A program made the position numbers and the translations under genes. Below the pieces are notes generated by a model. That model was not told the DNA's origin, made no database searches, and saw nothing but the letters and a program-made list of their open reading frames with translations. From contig CAIJLX010000097.1 in assembly GCA_903821695.1 (NCBI GenBank), positions 3,542 to 67,541 of the forward strand: a DNA stretch of 64,000 nt. The letters are read 5' to 3'. Of the stretch, positions 1 through 8,991 are shown one piece after another; the first letter of the stretch is position 1; every line of letters starts with the position of its first letter. Source of the DNA: an uncultured Alphaproteobacteria bacterium. GTDB lineage: Bacteria; Pseudomonadota; Alphaproteobacteria; Rickettsiales; CAIJLX01.

Positions 1-209
1 CGGTTCAATTCCACGTGAGACAAAGAGTTGGCTCTGGTACTAAGTTTCGGTGAGTGCTTGGCGCCCGATTCGGGTTAAGCGAGGCATGAATCTTTAGAGT
101 TCAATAAAATTGGCGGTTCTAGCTGAATTCCAATTTGCATAAAACCAATTTTTTAATGACACATTTTCAATGTTCTTTATATCAATTAGTAAATCAATTG
201 AGAGGATTT

Positions 210-587
210 ATGAGAAAAAGCGCATTGATTCTAATAGCATTGCCATGCCTGTTATGTGCATGCTCTAAAACATTCCCAGTGCGTGGCACTATAAGCAAAT
301 CAGGTGAAAAATTTCTTGGTACTGCCACCAGTCAAATGGTAGGAAAAAGTTCAATTAACATAACAACAAATAAGGGCACCCAATGTTCCGGAGAATATGA
401 TGCTCCTATTGTTATGAACCCTTCCGAAGGCAGTACAGGGAATGGTGGCTTTCAATGTAGTGATGGGCGTAGCGGACAATTTTCTTTTGCTGGTGATATA
501 GTAAGTGGCGATGGCTTTGGCACTATGAACAATGGAGATAAGTTTGATTTTTATTACGGGAATGTTCGAACAGTTCAAGTGCGCTGA
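210..587 (+). CDS. small hypothetical lipoprotein
   Basis: Track ORF 135..587. An internal ATG at 210 follows GAGAGGA. From there the N-terminus MRKSALILIALPCLLCACSK is a signal peptide with a lipobox-like LLCAC. The mature part is Gly/Ser-rich and I recognise no family. Confidence 0.5.
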   Translation: MRKSALILIALPCLLCACSKTFPVRGTISKSGEKFLGTATSQMVGKSSINITTNKGTQCSGEYDAPIVMNPSEGSTGNGGFQCSDGRSGQFSFAGDIVSGDGFGTMNNGDKFDFYYGNVRTVQVR

Positions 588-593
588 AGGGAA

Positions 594-618
594 ATTGACT
601 ATACTGTGAATAGTCAAT
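594..618. terminator. AT-rich hairpin between convergent genes (possible bidirectional terminator)
   Basis: ATTGACTAT (594-602), a 7-nt loop, then ATAGTCAAT (610-618) form a perfect 9-bp stem between the lipoprotein gene and the 3' end of the adhesin gene. There is no clear U-tract. Confidence 0.25.
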
Positions 619-738
619 AATTCTAAATGGGTTCGAAGTTTTTCCGCGCTGGTGCGCCATTTCAAATCTTTTTTAAAATGATTCGTTTAGACGAAAAAAA
701 CATAGGTAAACTCTACTGGCTAGCAGTATCGATGACTT

Positions 739-3700
739 CTACAACAAGAAGTCAGTGGTATTGATTTCTTCTGTGCCTTGTAGTTTGATGCCTAGGTTCA
801 AGTCGCTATTGGAGAGGAACATACCGCCGTCTTCCGTCGTTCTAGCTTGTAGCACGAGTGTATAAGCATCATGCACAACAGTAGAGCTACTAGCACTCAC
901 AACTACGACGTTGGTATAGCCGAAAGCCTTAAGATCGATTTTATCTTCGCCAGCTTTGAAATCACCAATCGCATCAGATGCATCAATGGTGCTACTGCCG
1001 TTGAAAAACACAAATACGTCGTTGCCTTCACCACCCATCAGATAATCTCGGCCCATATCACCCGATACCGTATCGTTGCCTAGATCACCGAAGACCGTGT
1101 CATCTCCCTGACCGCCATAGACTAGGTCATTTCCCTGTCCGCCATGTACGATATCATTCGCTAGGTTACCATTGAGTGTGTCATCGCCGGTATTACCGTT
1201 CATCCTGTCTGTGCCTTTGCCGCCCAACACCGTATCCTCACCCTCGCCGCCATAAACTTCGTCGGCCCCTTGGTTGCCTTGGAGTGCATCATTACCTGCG
1301 TCGCCGGTTAATACGTCTGCGCCCATGTTGCCAGAGAGCACATCGCTATTTCGTGCGCCAAGTAACGTGTCATTACCGATAGTACCGATTAATTCGATGC
1401 TCTCGTCTTCGACATCCTCAGTCACAACGATCACAAAGTCGTGGACAATGGTTAGGCCCTCTGCATCGGTTGCGGTAACCGTGATGGTGTAGCTTGTGAC
1501 ATCGTCGAGTGGTCCGGCCAGCGTCACCTCGCCGGTTTTCGCATCAATGGCGAATAGATTATTCGGGTTCGTTGTCAGGCTATAGGTAAATGTGTCATCC
1601 GCATCCGGATCGATTGCTTGAGCGGCGATACCGACGGACGTGCCGATCTCTGCCTTTTTATCAATGGCGTTCACAACCACATCGCCATCAACCACATCCG
1701 TGGGCGCTTCGTTCACATTCGTCAGGCCGATGGTGAACATCTGTGACGTGCTTTGGTTAGCGGCATCAGTTGCCTTCACGGTGATGTTATGGCTGCTTGC
1801 CGTTTCATAATCGAGAACGCCGGCAACGCTTACCACCCCCGTCGACGCATTAATCGCGAATTTACCATCCGCATTATCCGTCAGGCTATAGGTGAGTGCG
1901 CCTGGCGCAGTGGCGCTGGCTGTAATACCCACGGTCGCGCCAATCGTTGCATCTTCTTTCACACTGTTAACCACAGCATTACCATCCACCAGATTCGTCG
2001 GTGCATTCGGATTGGTAGGCGTTTGATGGATATCGGTAACACCAATGGTGAAGGTTTGTGTCGTAACAAGCCCACCAGCATCTTTTGCTTCCACCGTGAT
2101 CTTATGGCTTGGCGTATTATCCAATGCACCGGCAACTTTTACCACACCGGTGGTGGCATCAATCGCAAACTTACCGACTGCATTATCGGTCAGGCTATAA
2201 GTCAGCGTACCTGCATCCGGATCGGTTGCTTTCGCCGTAATACCCACCACAGTGCCAATCGCCGCACTTTGCGCCACGCTATTTGCTGCAGTATTGCTAT
2301 CCACTAAATTGGTGGGTGCTTCATTGACGTTCGTCACACCAATGGTGAATGTTTGTGTCGTGCTAAGCCCGCCTGCATCCGATTCTTTCACAATAATGCT
2401 CTGGTTTTGTGAAGCTTCATAATCAATTGCGCCAGCAACCGTTACAACACCCGTCGTCGCATTAATAGCAAACTTACCACCCGCATTATCCGCCAAGCTA
2501 TAGGTAAGTGTGCTACCCGCATCCGGATCCGTCGCTTTCGCCGTAACACCAACCACAGTGCCAACAGCAGCATTTTCTGCAACGCTGTTTGTGGCAGTAT
2601 TACTATCCACTAAATTGATTGGTGCTTCATTCACGTTTGTCACGCCAATCGCAAAAGTCTGCGTCGTGCTAAGCCCACCTGCATCCGTTGCCTTAACAAT
2701 AATATTGTGGCTGCTAGCTGTTTCATAATCCAATCCGGCCGAAACAGTCACAACGCCTGTCGTCGTATTAATCACAAAGCGACCACCAGCATTATCCGTC
2801 AGGCTATACGTCAGTGTATTACCCGCATCCGGATCCGTCGCTTTCGCCGTAACACCAACCGCAGTACCAACAGCAGCATTCTCCGCAACAGAGTTCGCAG
2901 CACTGTTGCTGTCGACCAGATTCACTGGTGCTTCATTCACGTTTGTTACGCCGATAGCAAATGTTTGTGTCGTGCTCAACCCACCAGCATCGGTCGCTTT
3001 CACAATAATATTGTGGCTAGCAGCAGTTTCATAATCGAGCGCACCGGCAACCGTAACAACACCAGTCGATGTATTAATCGCAAACTTACCACCAGCATTA
3101 TCGGTGAGGCTATAAGTCAGCGTAGAAGCATCCGTTGCCTGGGCAGTAACCCCTACCGTCGTACCAACAGCAGCATTCTCTGCAACGCTGTTTGTCGCTG
3201 CATTAATATCCACCAAATTCGTTGGGGCACTTGTATCCGCAGTTGGCTGGCCATTCGTCACATCGATATTAAATACTTTCTGGACGCTAAGCCCAGCTGT
3301 ATCCGTTGCTTTTATCGTGATGTTATGGCTAGTCGCCAATTTAGAATCAAATGTGCCAGCTACGCTCACCACACCAGTGGTGGCATCAATCGCAAATTTA
3401 CCACTCGCACTATCAGCCAAACTATAGGTCAGTTTATCACCATCTGGATCAGTCGCACTGGCCGTAATACCAACAAGCGAACCAATCGCTGCTTTCTCAG
3501 AAACACTGTTGAGAGCCGTACTACCATCTATTAAATTAAGCGGTGTAGTATTTGGTTTTGTGTCTTCAGCTGTAACGTTCACGTTGAAAAAGAAGGCAGT
3601 ACCTAAGCCTGTCGAATCAACGGCTTTTACAAGCACCTGCATATTGCCAAGTGCCTCTGGAGTTTTAATCAGGGTAATCACACCCGTATCTGCATCTATG

Positions 3701-6700
3701 CTAAAGTACTTGTTATTTTCAGTATTGCTAAGGCTATATGTTGTTTTTCCGGCACTGCTCTCAGGAGCGAAGGCTGTGACACCAACACGCGTCCCTAAAG
3801 CAGCATTGATTGAAACAGCATTGATCGCTTGATCAGCGTCTTTAAGTAAACCGGCACCATCATTGATATCTGTCAAATTGAGAGTGAATGTTTTAGTGGA
3901 GCTTAACCCCCCTAGGTCCGTTGCTTTTACCGTGATGTTATGGCTGCTCGCAGTTTCAAAATCTAAATCACGGCCAACTTTAATAACACCGGTATTGGCA
4001 TCAATTCTAAAATTCCCTTCCTCATTATTAATGAGGCTGTAAGTAATTCTATCGCCTGCATCAACATCTGTGGCACGTGCCGTAATATTGGTAAAAGCAC
4101 CGACTTGCGCATTTTCAGCAATTACGTTGGCGGTAACGTCTATATCTATAATCTCAGAAGGAGCATGGTTCACAAAAACTGGGCCGGTACTTACAGTTGT
4201 ATTCTGTGTGTGCATTGCTGCAATGTTCTGTGCACCTAACGCGGTTGAACCAATATAAAGATTATCAATATTACCTTCAAACGTACCTTTGATAGTTGGA
4301 TCTACCGTCCAAGGACCCGAGGAACCCACGTGAATCCCATAGGTATTGTTTGGATTAAAGATCGCATCCCCTTGGGCCTTGGTAAAAGACATTGTATAGG
4401 CACTCTTGCCATCAACATAGAAAGTAAACGAATTGTGGCTGACCGTGATGGCAATATCATGCCACTGGTTGTCTGCCAAATTAGTGGTTGGAACAAATCT
4501 GACCGTTTGGCCTACAATACCCACATTCACAGTGTTAGTTGCAGCGGCGAGCGCTACACTCCATAGGCCATGGCTTCCTGCCAAAATCATGCCCCCGTTA
4601 TCAACTTTTGCTGCTTGCATGGAATAGGCCATGGTCAATTCTTGCATGCCACTTAAATCAGGATCATTTTTTACATCGATATAAATATGATCATTATTGG
4701 CACCCAATGAGAGTGCTTTGCCACCATATGGTGTATCAACAAACACAGGTGAGCTCATGCCCACTATCAGGCTTTCGTGGCCGGAAAGGTCGATAAAACG
4801 ACCATCAAAATTCATTTTGACGCCAACTTCATCCTGAATATTAAGTGTGCTTGTCGTTGTACTGCTATGCCCCTTACTATCCGTAACAGTCAGTTTTACT
4901 TCCTGTTCGCCGAGGGTCTTGAAAGTTTTATTTACAGTCACTCCATGTTCTGTAGTGCCATCAGAAAACTTCCAGGTATAAGTGGCGCCATTTAAGTTAA
5001 ACCCTTCTTGCGGCAGTGAAAGGCTTGCATCAAATGTATGTTGGTAATGCTCATTTACTACTTCGGAATGTTGGGTAAAGATAGCGGTTGGATTATTAGC
5101 ATCTGCGGCGGCTACAAATGCGCCTTTATAAGTGCCATCGGCATTCAGCATCGCGGGCACTTTTAAGCTCGCAAAATCCTCTTTCGTGGCATTTTCTGCA
5201 TTTGGGTTCATCAGATAATTATTTGCCGAACCATCACCGATATTATAAACTACGTTACCTTGCCAAATATCAGTATCGGTTCTGGGAGTGCCGTATTTAT
5301 ATGGAAGAATATTGTCTGTAACTGTAACATCGGTTGACCCCTTGTAACCGATGCCGGGGACATATACATCACTAGGATTAACAATGCTGCCTGCATAATG
5401 CAGTATGTTATTGGTTATTACTAAACCCTCTGCGTTACTAACCGAGATAGCATTTGAGTGCTGAGAATTAATCACGTTATTTTCGATCGTAATGTTCTCT
5501 AAGCCATAACGATTTGCCAAAATCCCGTTAGCATCGGGCTGCAGATAATCGCCCCGCATGAAAATCGCTTGTGCGCTGCTGCCTAGATTATCGTAAATGA
5601 AATTACCACGGATAACGACATCTGACGTGTTTTGTATCGCATCTTTTTCAACCCAAAACTGAATAAAGTCAGTGTGAAGTGCCTGAGAGTGGCTCGCATC
5701 CGGCGAATAAAGTGTATTGTTTTCGATCAACACATGTGAAAGATTTGAGCCATAATCAGAGTTATCATTCAGGTTGTCATGATACAGATTATTGATAACA
5801 GTAATGTAGCTCGATGGGCTACTGTTACCAATACCAGTTCCAGTCAAAAAATTATGGAATGTGTTGCCATCTAGCGTAATATGATCCGAGCCCCGGATAT
5901 CGGTACCAGAGATTTGCGCCCGCGCCACCACACCCATTGGCATGTTGCCATCGAGATCACTATTCTTCAGCGTAATATTTGAACTGTTACCAACCGTAAA
6001 GGCAGCACCATAGGCTTGGGTTAAAGGGGTTTCTATTTTTATCGAATCAATCGTAAGATTCTGAACGCCGTTTAAACCGATCTGGTCAAAGATTGCCTGA
6101 TTATGCACATCTTCTGATTTAATCGTCACGGTACTGGTATATGTGTGGTCAGGCTTAACTCCGTAAGGCATATTGAGGCTTCCAAAATTAACCCCCGCTT
6201 TTAACAAAATAGTCTCCCCACCCGTTGCCATTTTCAACGCGCTATTAAGTTCGGCTAATGTCGATACGTGAATCGTACTGCCGACATCAATGGCAAATGT
6301 TTTATCAGTGTGTAAGCCGCCTGCATCGGTTGCCTGCACGGTTATGTTATGTACACCACTGCTCGTTAGTGGCCCCGCAACGGTAACCACACCCGTTGAA
6401 GAATTGATCGCGAATCTGCCGCCATCATTATCGCTGAGGCTATACTTAATGCTATCGCCGGCATTGGTATCAATCGCATTCGCAGTAATGCCCACCGTCG
6501 TACCAACAGCAGCATCTTGTTTCACACTACTCGCGCTGGTGTTTGTATCCGTCAAATTAATCGGTGTCGCATTTGAGTTATTTACACCAACATGGAATGT
6601 TTGAGTGGTGCTAAGCCCACCAGCATCGGTTGCCTTTACGATAATATCATGCTCAAGCCCATCCAATGCTTTCGCAACAGTTACCACGCCGCTCGTTGCG

Positions 6701-7173
6701 CTGATCTTAAATAGGCCGCCTGCATCATCGGTTAGGCTGTAAGTTATTTTATCACCTGCATCCGGATCAGTTGCTTTCGCTGTAATGCCAACCACCGAAT
6801 TAATAGCCGCAGTTTGCGAAACGGTCGTGGCGGGATTTGTATCTACTATCATCGTGGGGGCTTCATTGACATTTACAATACCAATCGTAAACACTTGGGT
6901 GGTGCTAAGGCCAGTGGAATCTACTGCTTTCACCGTGATGCTTTTACTTGCACCCGCTTCATAATTCATGGCCGCTGCTGTTGTAACAACTCCAGTATCA
7001 GCATTAATAGCAAAAAGATTGCCGGGATTGCTGCTCAAACTATAGGTAATTTTATTGCCATCCGCGTCAGTTGCCTTTGCAACAACCCCAACCGCCGTCC
7101 CTACCACAACATTTTCTAAAACGCTGTTTATAGCGCTATCAATATCGACTAGATTAGTTGGAGCTGTTCCCAT
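739..7173 (-). CDS. giant mosaic RTX adhesin (cadherin-like repeats + beta-helix + PKD + LamG + RTX; presumed T1SS substrate)
   Basis: 2144-aa ORF without an N-terminal signal peptide. About 12 cadherin-like ~100-aa repeats carry the motif NVNEAP.NLVD...TYSL.DNAGGKFAI...TGVVTVAG.LDYE...H.I.VKATD.GGLST. The central part has parallel beta-helix-like repeats (NSSNITLKNSDLDGN, IENNTLYS, IRGNFIYDN, IENNVINS, ITNNILHY). A PKD-like module (YTWKFSDGTTEHG...KLTVTDSKGHS) and a LamG/ConA-like module (NQWHDIAITVSHNSFTFYVDGK...GNIDNLYIG) follow. The gene ends in GGxGxD nonapeptide repeats and a 92-aa C-terminal tail. Confidence 0.9.
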   Translation of the reverse strand: MGTAPTNLVDIDSAINSVLENVVVGTAVGVVAKATDADGNKITYSLSSNPGNLFAINADTGVVTTAAAMNYEAGASKSITVKAVDSTGLSTTQVFTIGIVNVNEAPTMIVDTNPATTVSQTAAINSVVGITAKATDPDAGDKITYSLTDDAGGLFKISATSGVVTVAKALDGLEHDIIVKATDAGGLSTTQTFHVGVNNSNATPINLTDTNTSASSVKQDAAVGTTVGITANAIDTNAGDSIKYSLSDNDGGRFAINSSTGVVTVAGPLTSSGVHNITVQATDAGGLHTDKTFAIDVGSTIHVSTLAELNSALKMATGGETILLKAGVNFGSLNMPYGVKPDHTYTSTVTIKSEDVHNQAIFDQIGLNGVQNLTIDSIKIETPLTQAYGAAFTVGNSSNITLKNSDLDGNMPMGVVARAQISGTDIRGSDHITLDGNTFHNFLTGTGIGNSSPSSYITVINNLYHDNLNDNSDYGSNLSHVLIENNTLYSPDASHSQALHTDFIQFWVEKDAIQNTSDVVIRGNFIYDNLGSSAQAIFMRGDYLQPDANGILANRYGLENITIENNVINSQHSNAISVSNAEGLVITNNILHYAGSIVNPSDVYVPGIGYKGSTDVTVTDNILPYKYGTPRTDTDIWQGNVVYNIGDGSANNYLMNPNAENATKEDFASLKVPAMLNADGTYKGAFVAAADANNPTAIFTQHSEVVNEHYQHTFDASLSLPQEGFNLNGATYTWKFSDGTTEHGVTVNKTFKTLGEQEVKLTVTDSKGHSSTTTSTLNIQDEVGVKMNFDGRFIDLSGHESLIVGMSSPVFVDTPYGGKALSLGANNDHIYIDVKNDPDLSGMQELTMAYSMQAAKVDNGGMILAGSHGLWSVALAAATNTVNVGIVGQTVRFVPTTNLADNQWHDIAITVSHNSFTFYVDGKSAYTMSFTKAQGDAIFNPNNTYGIHVGSSGPWTVDPTIKGTFEGNIDNLYIGSTALGAQNIAAMHTQNTTVSTGPVFVNHAPSEIIDIDVTANVIAENAQVGAFTNITARATDVDAGDRITYSLINNEEGNFRIDANTGVIKVGRDLDFETASSHNITVKATDLGGLSSTKTFTLNLTDINDGAGLLKDADQAINAVSINAALGTRVGVTAFAPESSAGKTTYSLSNTENNKYFSIDADTGVITLIKTPEALGNMQVLVKAVDSTGLGTAFFFNVNVTAEDTKPNTTPLNLIDGSTALNSVSEKAAIGSLVGITASATDPDGDKLTYSLADSASGKFAIDATTGVVSVAGTFDSKLATSHNITIKATDTAGLSVQKVFNIDVTNGQPTADTSAPTNLVDINAATNSVAENAAVGTTVGVTAQATDASTLTYSLTDNAGGKFAINTSTGVVTVAGALDYETAASHNIIVKATDAGGLSTTQTFAIGVTNVNEAPVNLVDSNSAANSVAENAAVGTAVGVTAKATDPDAGNTLTYSLTDNAGGRFVINTTTGVVTVSAGLDYETASSHNIIVKATDAGGLSTTQTFAIGVTNVNEAPINLVDSNTATNSVAENAAVGTVVGVTAKATDPDAGSTLTYSLADNAGGKFAINATTGVVTVAGAIDYEASQNQSIIVKESDAGGLSTTQTFTIGVTNVNEAPTNLVDSNTAANSVAQSAAIGTVVGITAKATDPDAGTLTYSLTDNAVGKFAIDATTGVVKVAGALDNTPSHKITVEAKDAGGLVTTQTFTIGVTDIHQTPTNPNAPTNLVDGNAVVNSVKEDATIGATVGITASATAPGALTYSLTDNADGKFAINASTGVVSVAGVLDYETASSHNITVKATDAANQSTSQMFTIGLTNVNEAPTDVVDGDVVVNAIDKKAEIGTSVGIAAQAIDPDADDTFTYSLTTNPNNLFAIDAKTGEVTLAGPLDDVTSYTITVTATDAEGLTIVHDFVIVVTEDVEDESIELIGTIGNDTLLGARNSDVLSGNMGADVLTGDAGNDALQGNQGADEVYGGEGEDTVLGGKGTDRMNGNTGDDTLNGNLANDIVHGGQGNDLVYGGQGDDTVFGDLGNDTVSGDMGRDYLMGGEGNDVFVFFNGSSTIDASDAIGDFKAGEDKIDLKAFGYTNVVVVSASSSTVVHDAYTLVLQARTTEDGGMFLSNSDLNLGIKLQGTEEINTTDFLL
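1018..1396 (-). repeat. RTX (hemolysin-type Ca-binding) nonapeptide repeat block inside the adhesin gene
   Basis: 126 aa, GNDTLLGARNSDVLSGNMGADVLTGDAGNDALQGNQGADEVYGGEGEDTVLGGKGTDRMNGNTGDDTLNGN...GGQGNDLVYGGQGDDTVFGDLGNDTVSGDMGRDYLMGGEGND. This is roughly 14 GGxGxDxxx-type units. Confidence 0.85.
1700..3240 (-). repeat. tandem ~303-306-bp near-identical DNA repeats (about 5 cadherin-like units)
   Basis: The motif GGTGCTTCATTCACGTTTGT(C/T)ACGCC recurs at about 2320, 2622 and 2926. The protein units ...VTNVNEAP(V/I/T)NLVDSN.A.NSVAENAAVGT.VGVTAKATDPDAG.TLTYSL.DNAGGKFAIN..TGVVTV... are almost identical. Boundaries are approximate. Confidence 0.75.
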
Positions 7174-7475
7174 GGTATCCCCTTATGTTTTAAATGTAGT
7201 TAAAATTTTAACTAAACTTAATTAATAGTTAATATACCGCACTCAGATGAGCTTGGCAACACCTTTCATTATAGAGCAGAAAGGTTAAGGATTGGTAAAG
7301 CGCCCGAAGAAATGCCAATACTGCAAAAATAAAATTCCCCTCACATAACAGCATGTTATGGCAAACTCTTGACAAAACAATTACTCGATATTTAGTTGGT
7401 GGCCAGATTTGGTTGAAAACCCTTCCGTTGAAATCTTAATTTTTTCAAACAGCAAAAACTGGGCGAACCACTCTA

Positions 7476-8138
7476 TTACATATCCAGAAAATCGACTTGC
7501 CCGGTCGAAAGATTTAATACGGCACCAAGAATTTTCATTTCTTTTTTCTGCACCAAATCTTCAATTACTTGGCTGGAATGTGAAAGTTGGCTTACGGAAG
7601 CGCGCACGTTTGCTTCCACTGCACGCTTCATTTTCTGTGTCATCGTTAATTTTTTCATTTTTGCGATTGGCAAAATATGGGGCTTGATGCGGTTTACGAT
7701 TGCAAAAATATTGGCGGAGGAAATTTCTTCTGCATCTTGAATATGGTTAAGAGTCGCACGTATGGCGCCGCATTGTGTATGTCCCATCACCAACACCAGT
7801 CTGGTACCAAATAAATTCGCGGCAAATTCTACGCTGCCTACTAGCGAAGGCGCAACTACGTTTCCGGCCACACGAATCACAAATAAATCGCCGAGATCTT
7901 GATCAAAAATCATTTCAACGGGCGCTCTCGAATCCGAACAACACAGAACAATCGCTTTTGGAAATTGCCCGGTCTTTGCAAAATCTTGCAATTTTTTAAG
8001 TGAGGATTTTGAAGATTGCAGTGATTTCCCTTGCAGAAAACGTCCATTCCCCGCTTTTAATTCTTTCAAAATCGCATTGTGGCTTTTTTGTTTTTTCATA
8101 TACGGTAACTTTTTGTTATTGCTCAGAGAAGGTGACAC
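7476..8138 (-). CDS. beta-class carbonic anhydrase
   Basis: Hallmark beta-CA motifs are present: VLCCSDSRAP, FVIRVAGN and VMGHTQCGAI. The track start is a GTG at 8138; an ATG alternative (MKKQKSH...) lies at 8099. Confidence 0.85.
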   Translation of the reverse strand: MSPSLSNNKKLPYMKKQKSHNAILKELKAGNGRFLQGKSLQSSKSSLKKLQDFAKTGQFPKAIVLCCSDSRAPVEMIFDQDLGDLFVIRVAGNVVAPSLVGSVEFAANLFGTRLVLVMGHTQCGAIRATLNHIQDAEEISSANIFAIVNRIKPHILPIAKMKKLTMTQKMKRAVEANVRASVSQLSHSSQVIEDLVQKKEMKILGAVLNLSTGQVDFLDM

Positions 8139-8233
8139 ATCCCCTTCTCTAGCATAGGCGAAGAAAAAATCTACTTCCTCCTTTCATGGCAGTTATACTT
8201 TCCATTTCGCCAGTGCTGTGCTAGCACCAGCAT

Positions 8234-8656
8234 ATGCCTTTGAAACATAGCGTCATTTTACGAACGGTCGCGCGCGGAATGATTCCGCTGATCGTACTAT
8301 TTGCCTTTTACTTACAGATACATGGCGAGCGCAGTGCCGGAGGCGGTTTCCAGGCTGGCGTATTAATGGCGGCGGCCTTTATGCTCTATGCGCTGGTATT
8401 CGGATTAGCCGACATGCTAGAAATTTTTCCGCTGCATTGGCAAAAAATTGGCGCTTGCGCGGGCGTGATGATCTACGCTGGTGTTGGTTTATTGGGATTA
8501 GTCCTCGGTGGCAGATTTTTAGATTATGATGCATTTGGTCGCACTGGCCCGGAAGGCCAGTTGATCGGAATTTTCTTGGTGGAGCTGGGTATAGGCACCA
8601 CCGTTTTTTCCGTGATCCTGATGTTGTTTTGCCTGTTTGCCGAAAGAAAAAGATGA
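8234..8656 (+). CDS. mrpB: Mrp/Mnh antiporter subunit B-like membrane protein
   Basis: 140 aa. ILRTVARGMIPLIVLFAFYLQIHGE.SAGGGFQAGV is the MnhB-domain signature. The protein has 4 TM segments. Confidence 0.8.
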   Translation: MPLKHSVILRTVARGMIPLIVLFAFYLQIHGERSAGGGFQAGVLMAAAFMLYALVFGLADMLEIFPLHWQKIGACAGVMIYAGVGLLGLVLGGRFLDYDAFGRTGPEGQLIGIFLVELGIGTTVFSVILMLFCLFAERKR

Positions 8657-8991
8657 TTCTGTTTACGCATTACCCCTACCTCGCAAGTTTTATACTGATG
8701 GCAATTGGGCTTTACGCGATCATCACCCGCCGCAGCCTAACGAAAAAATTAATTGGTCTCGCGTTATTCCAAACATCCGCTTTGCTTTTCTTTATCGCAA
8801 CTGGTGTTGTCAAAGGTGGCTCTTCGCCCATTTATAAAGCCGGCGTTACGCTTTATCACAACCCATTGCCACATGTGTTAATGCTCACTGCTATCGTCGT
8901 CGGGCTTGCCACACTTTCAGTTGGCCTCGCCATCGCCGTGCGGATCAAAGAGCACTATAAAACTACCGATGAAATTGAGATTCTGAAATGA
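8653..8991 (+). CDS. mrpC: Mrp/Mnh subunit C (NuoK-like)
   Basis: The ATG at 8653 overlaps the mrpB stop (ATGA). About 112 aa with 3 TM segments and a NuoK/MnhC-like sequence (LIGLALFQTSALLFFIA, HNPLPHVLMLTAIVVG). Confidence 0.8.
   Translation: MILFTHYPYLASFILMAIGLYAIITRRSLTKKLIGLALFQTSALLFFIATGVVKGGSSPIYKAGVTLYHNPLPHVLMLTAIVVGLATLSVGLAIAVRIKEHYKTTDEIEILK

Noticed and set aside
1-30. GGTTCAATTCC at the very start of the window looks like a tRNA/tmRNA T-loop, suggesting a truncated RNA gene 3' end.
   Set aside because: With TTCAATT as the loop, the visible stem bases pair only 2 of 3 (C1-A13 is a mismatch). No acceptor or CCA-like continuation is convincing, and the 5' part lies outside the window. 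It is not callable.
871-7119. Many plus-strand ORFs (for example 1753..2307, 2707..3534, 6290..6604, 6814..7119) lie antisense to the adhesin gene.
   Set aside because: They have low-complexity, Arg/Cys/Ile-rich translations, no motifs and no RBS. They are frame shadows of a long repetitive gene on the opposite strand.
7174-7475. AT-rich palindromes upstream of the adhesin gene (GTTAAAATTTTAAC at about 7199-7212; CATAAC-N5-GTTATG at about 7346-7362), considered as possible operators.
   Set aside because: Such short palindromes are expected by chance in AT-rich promoter DNA, and no cognate regulator is adjacent. They are noted only.
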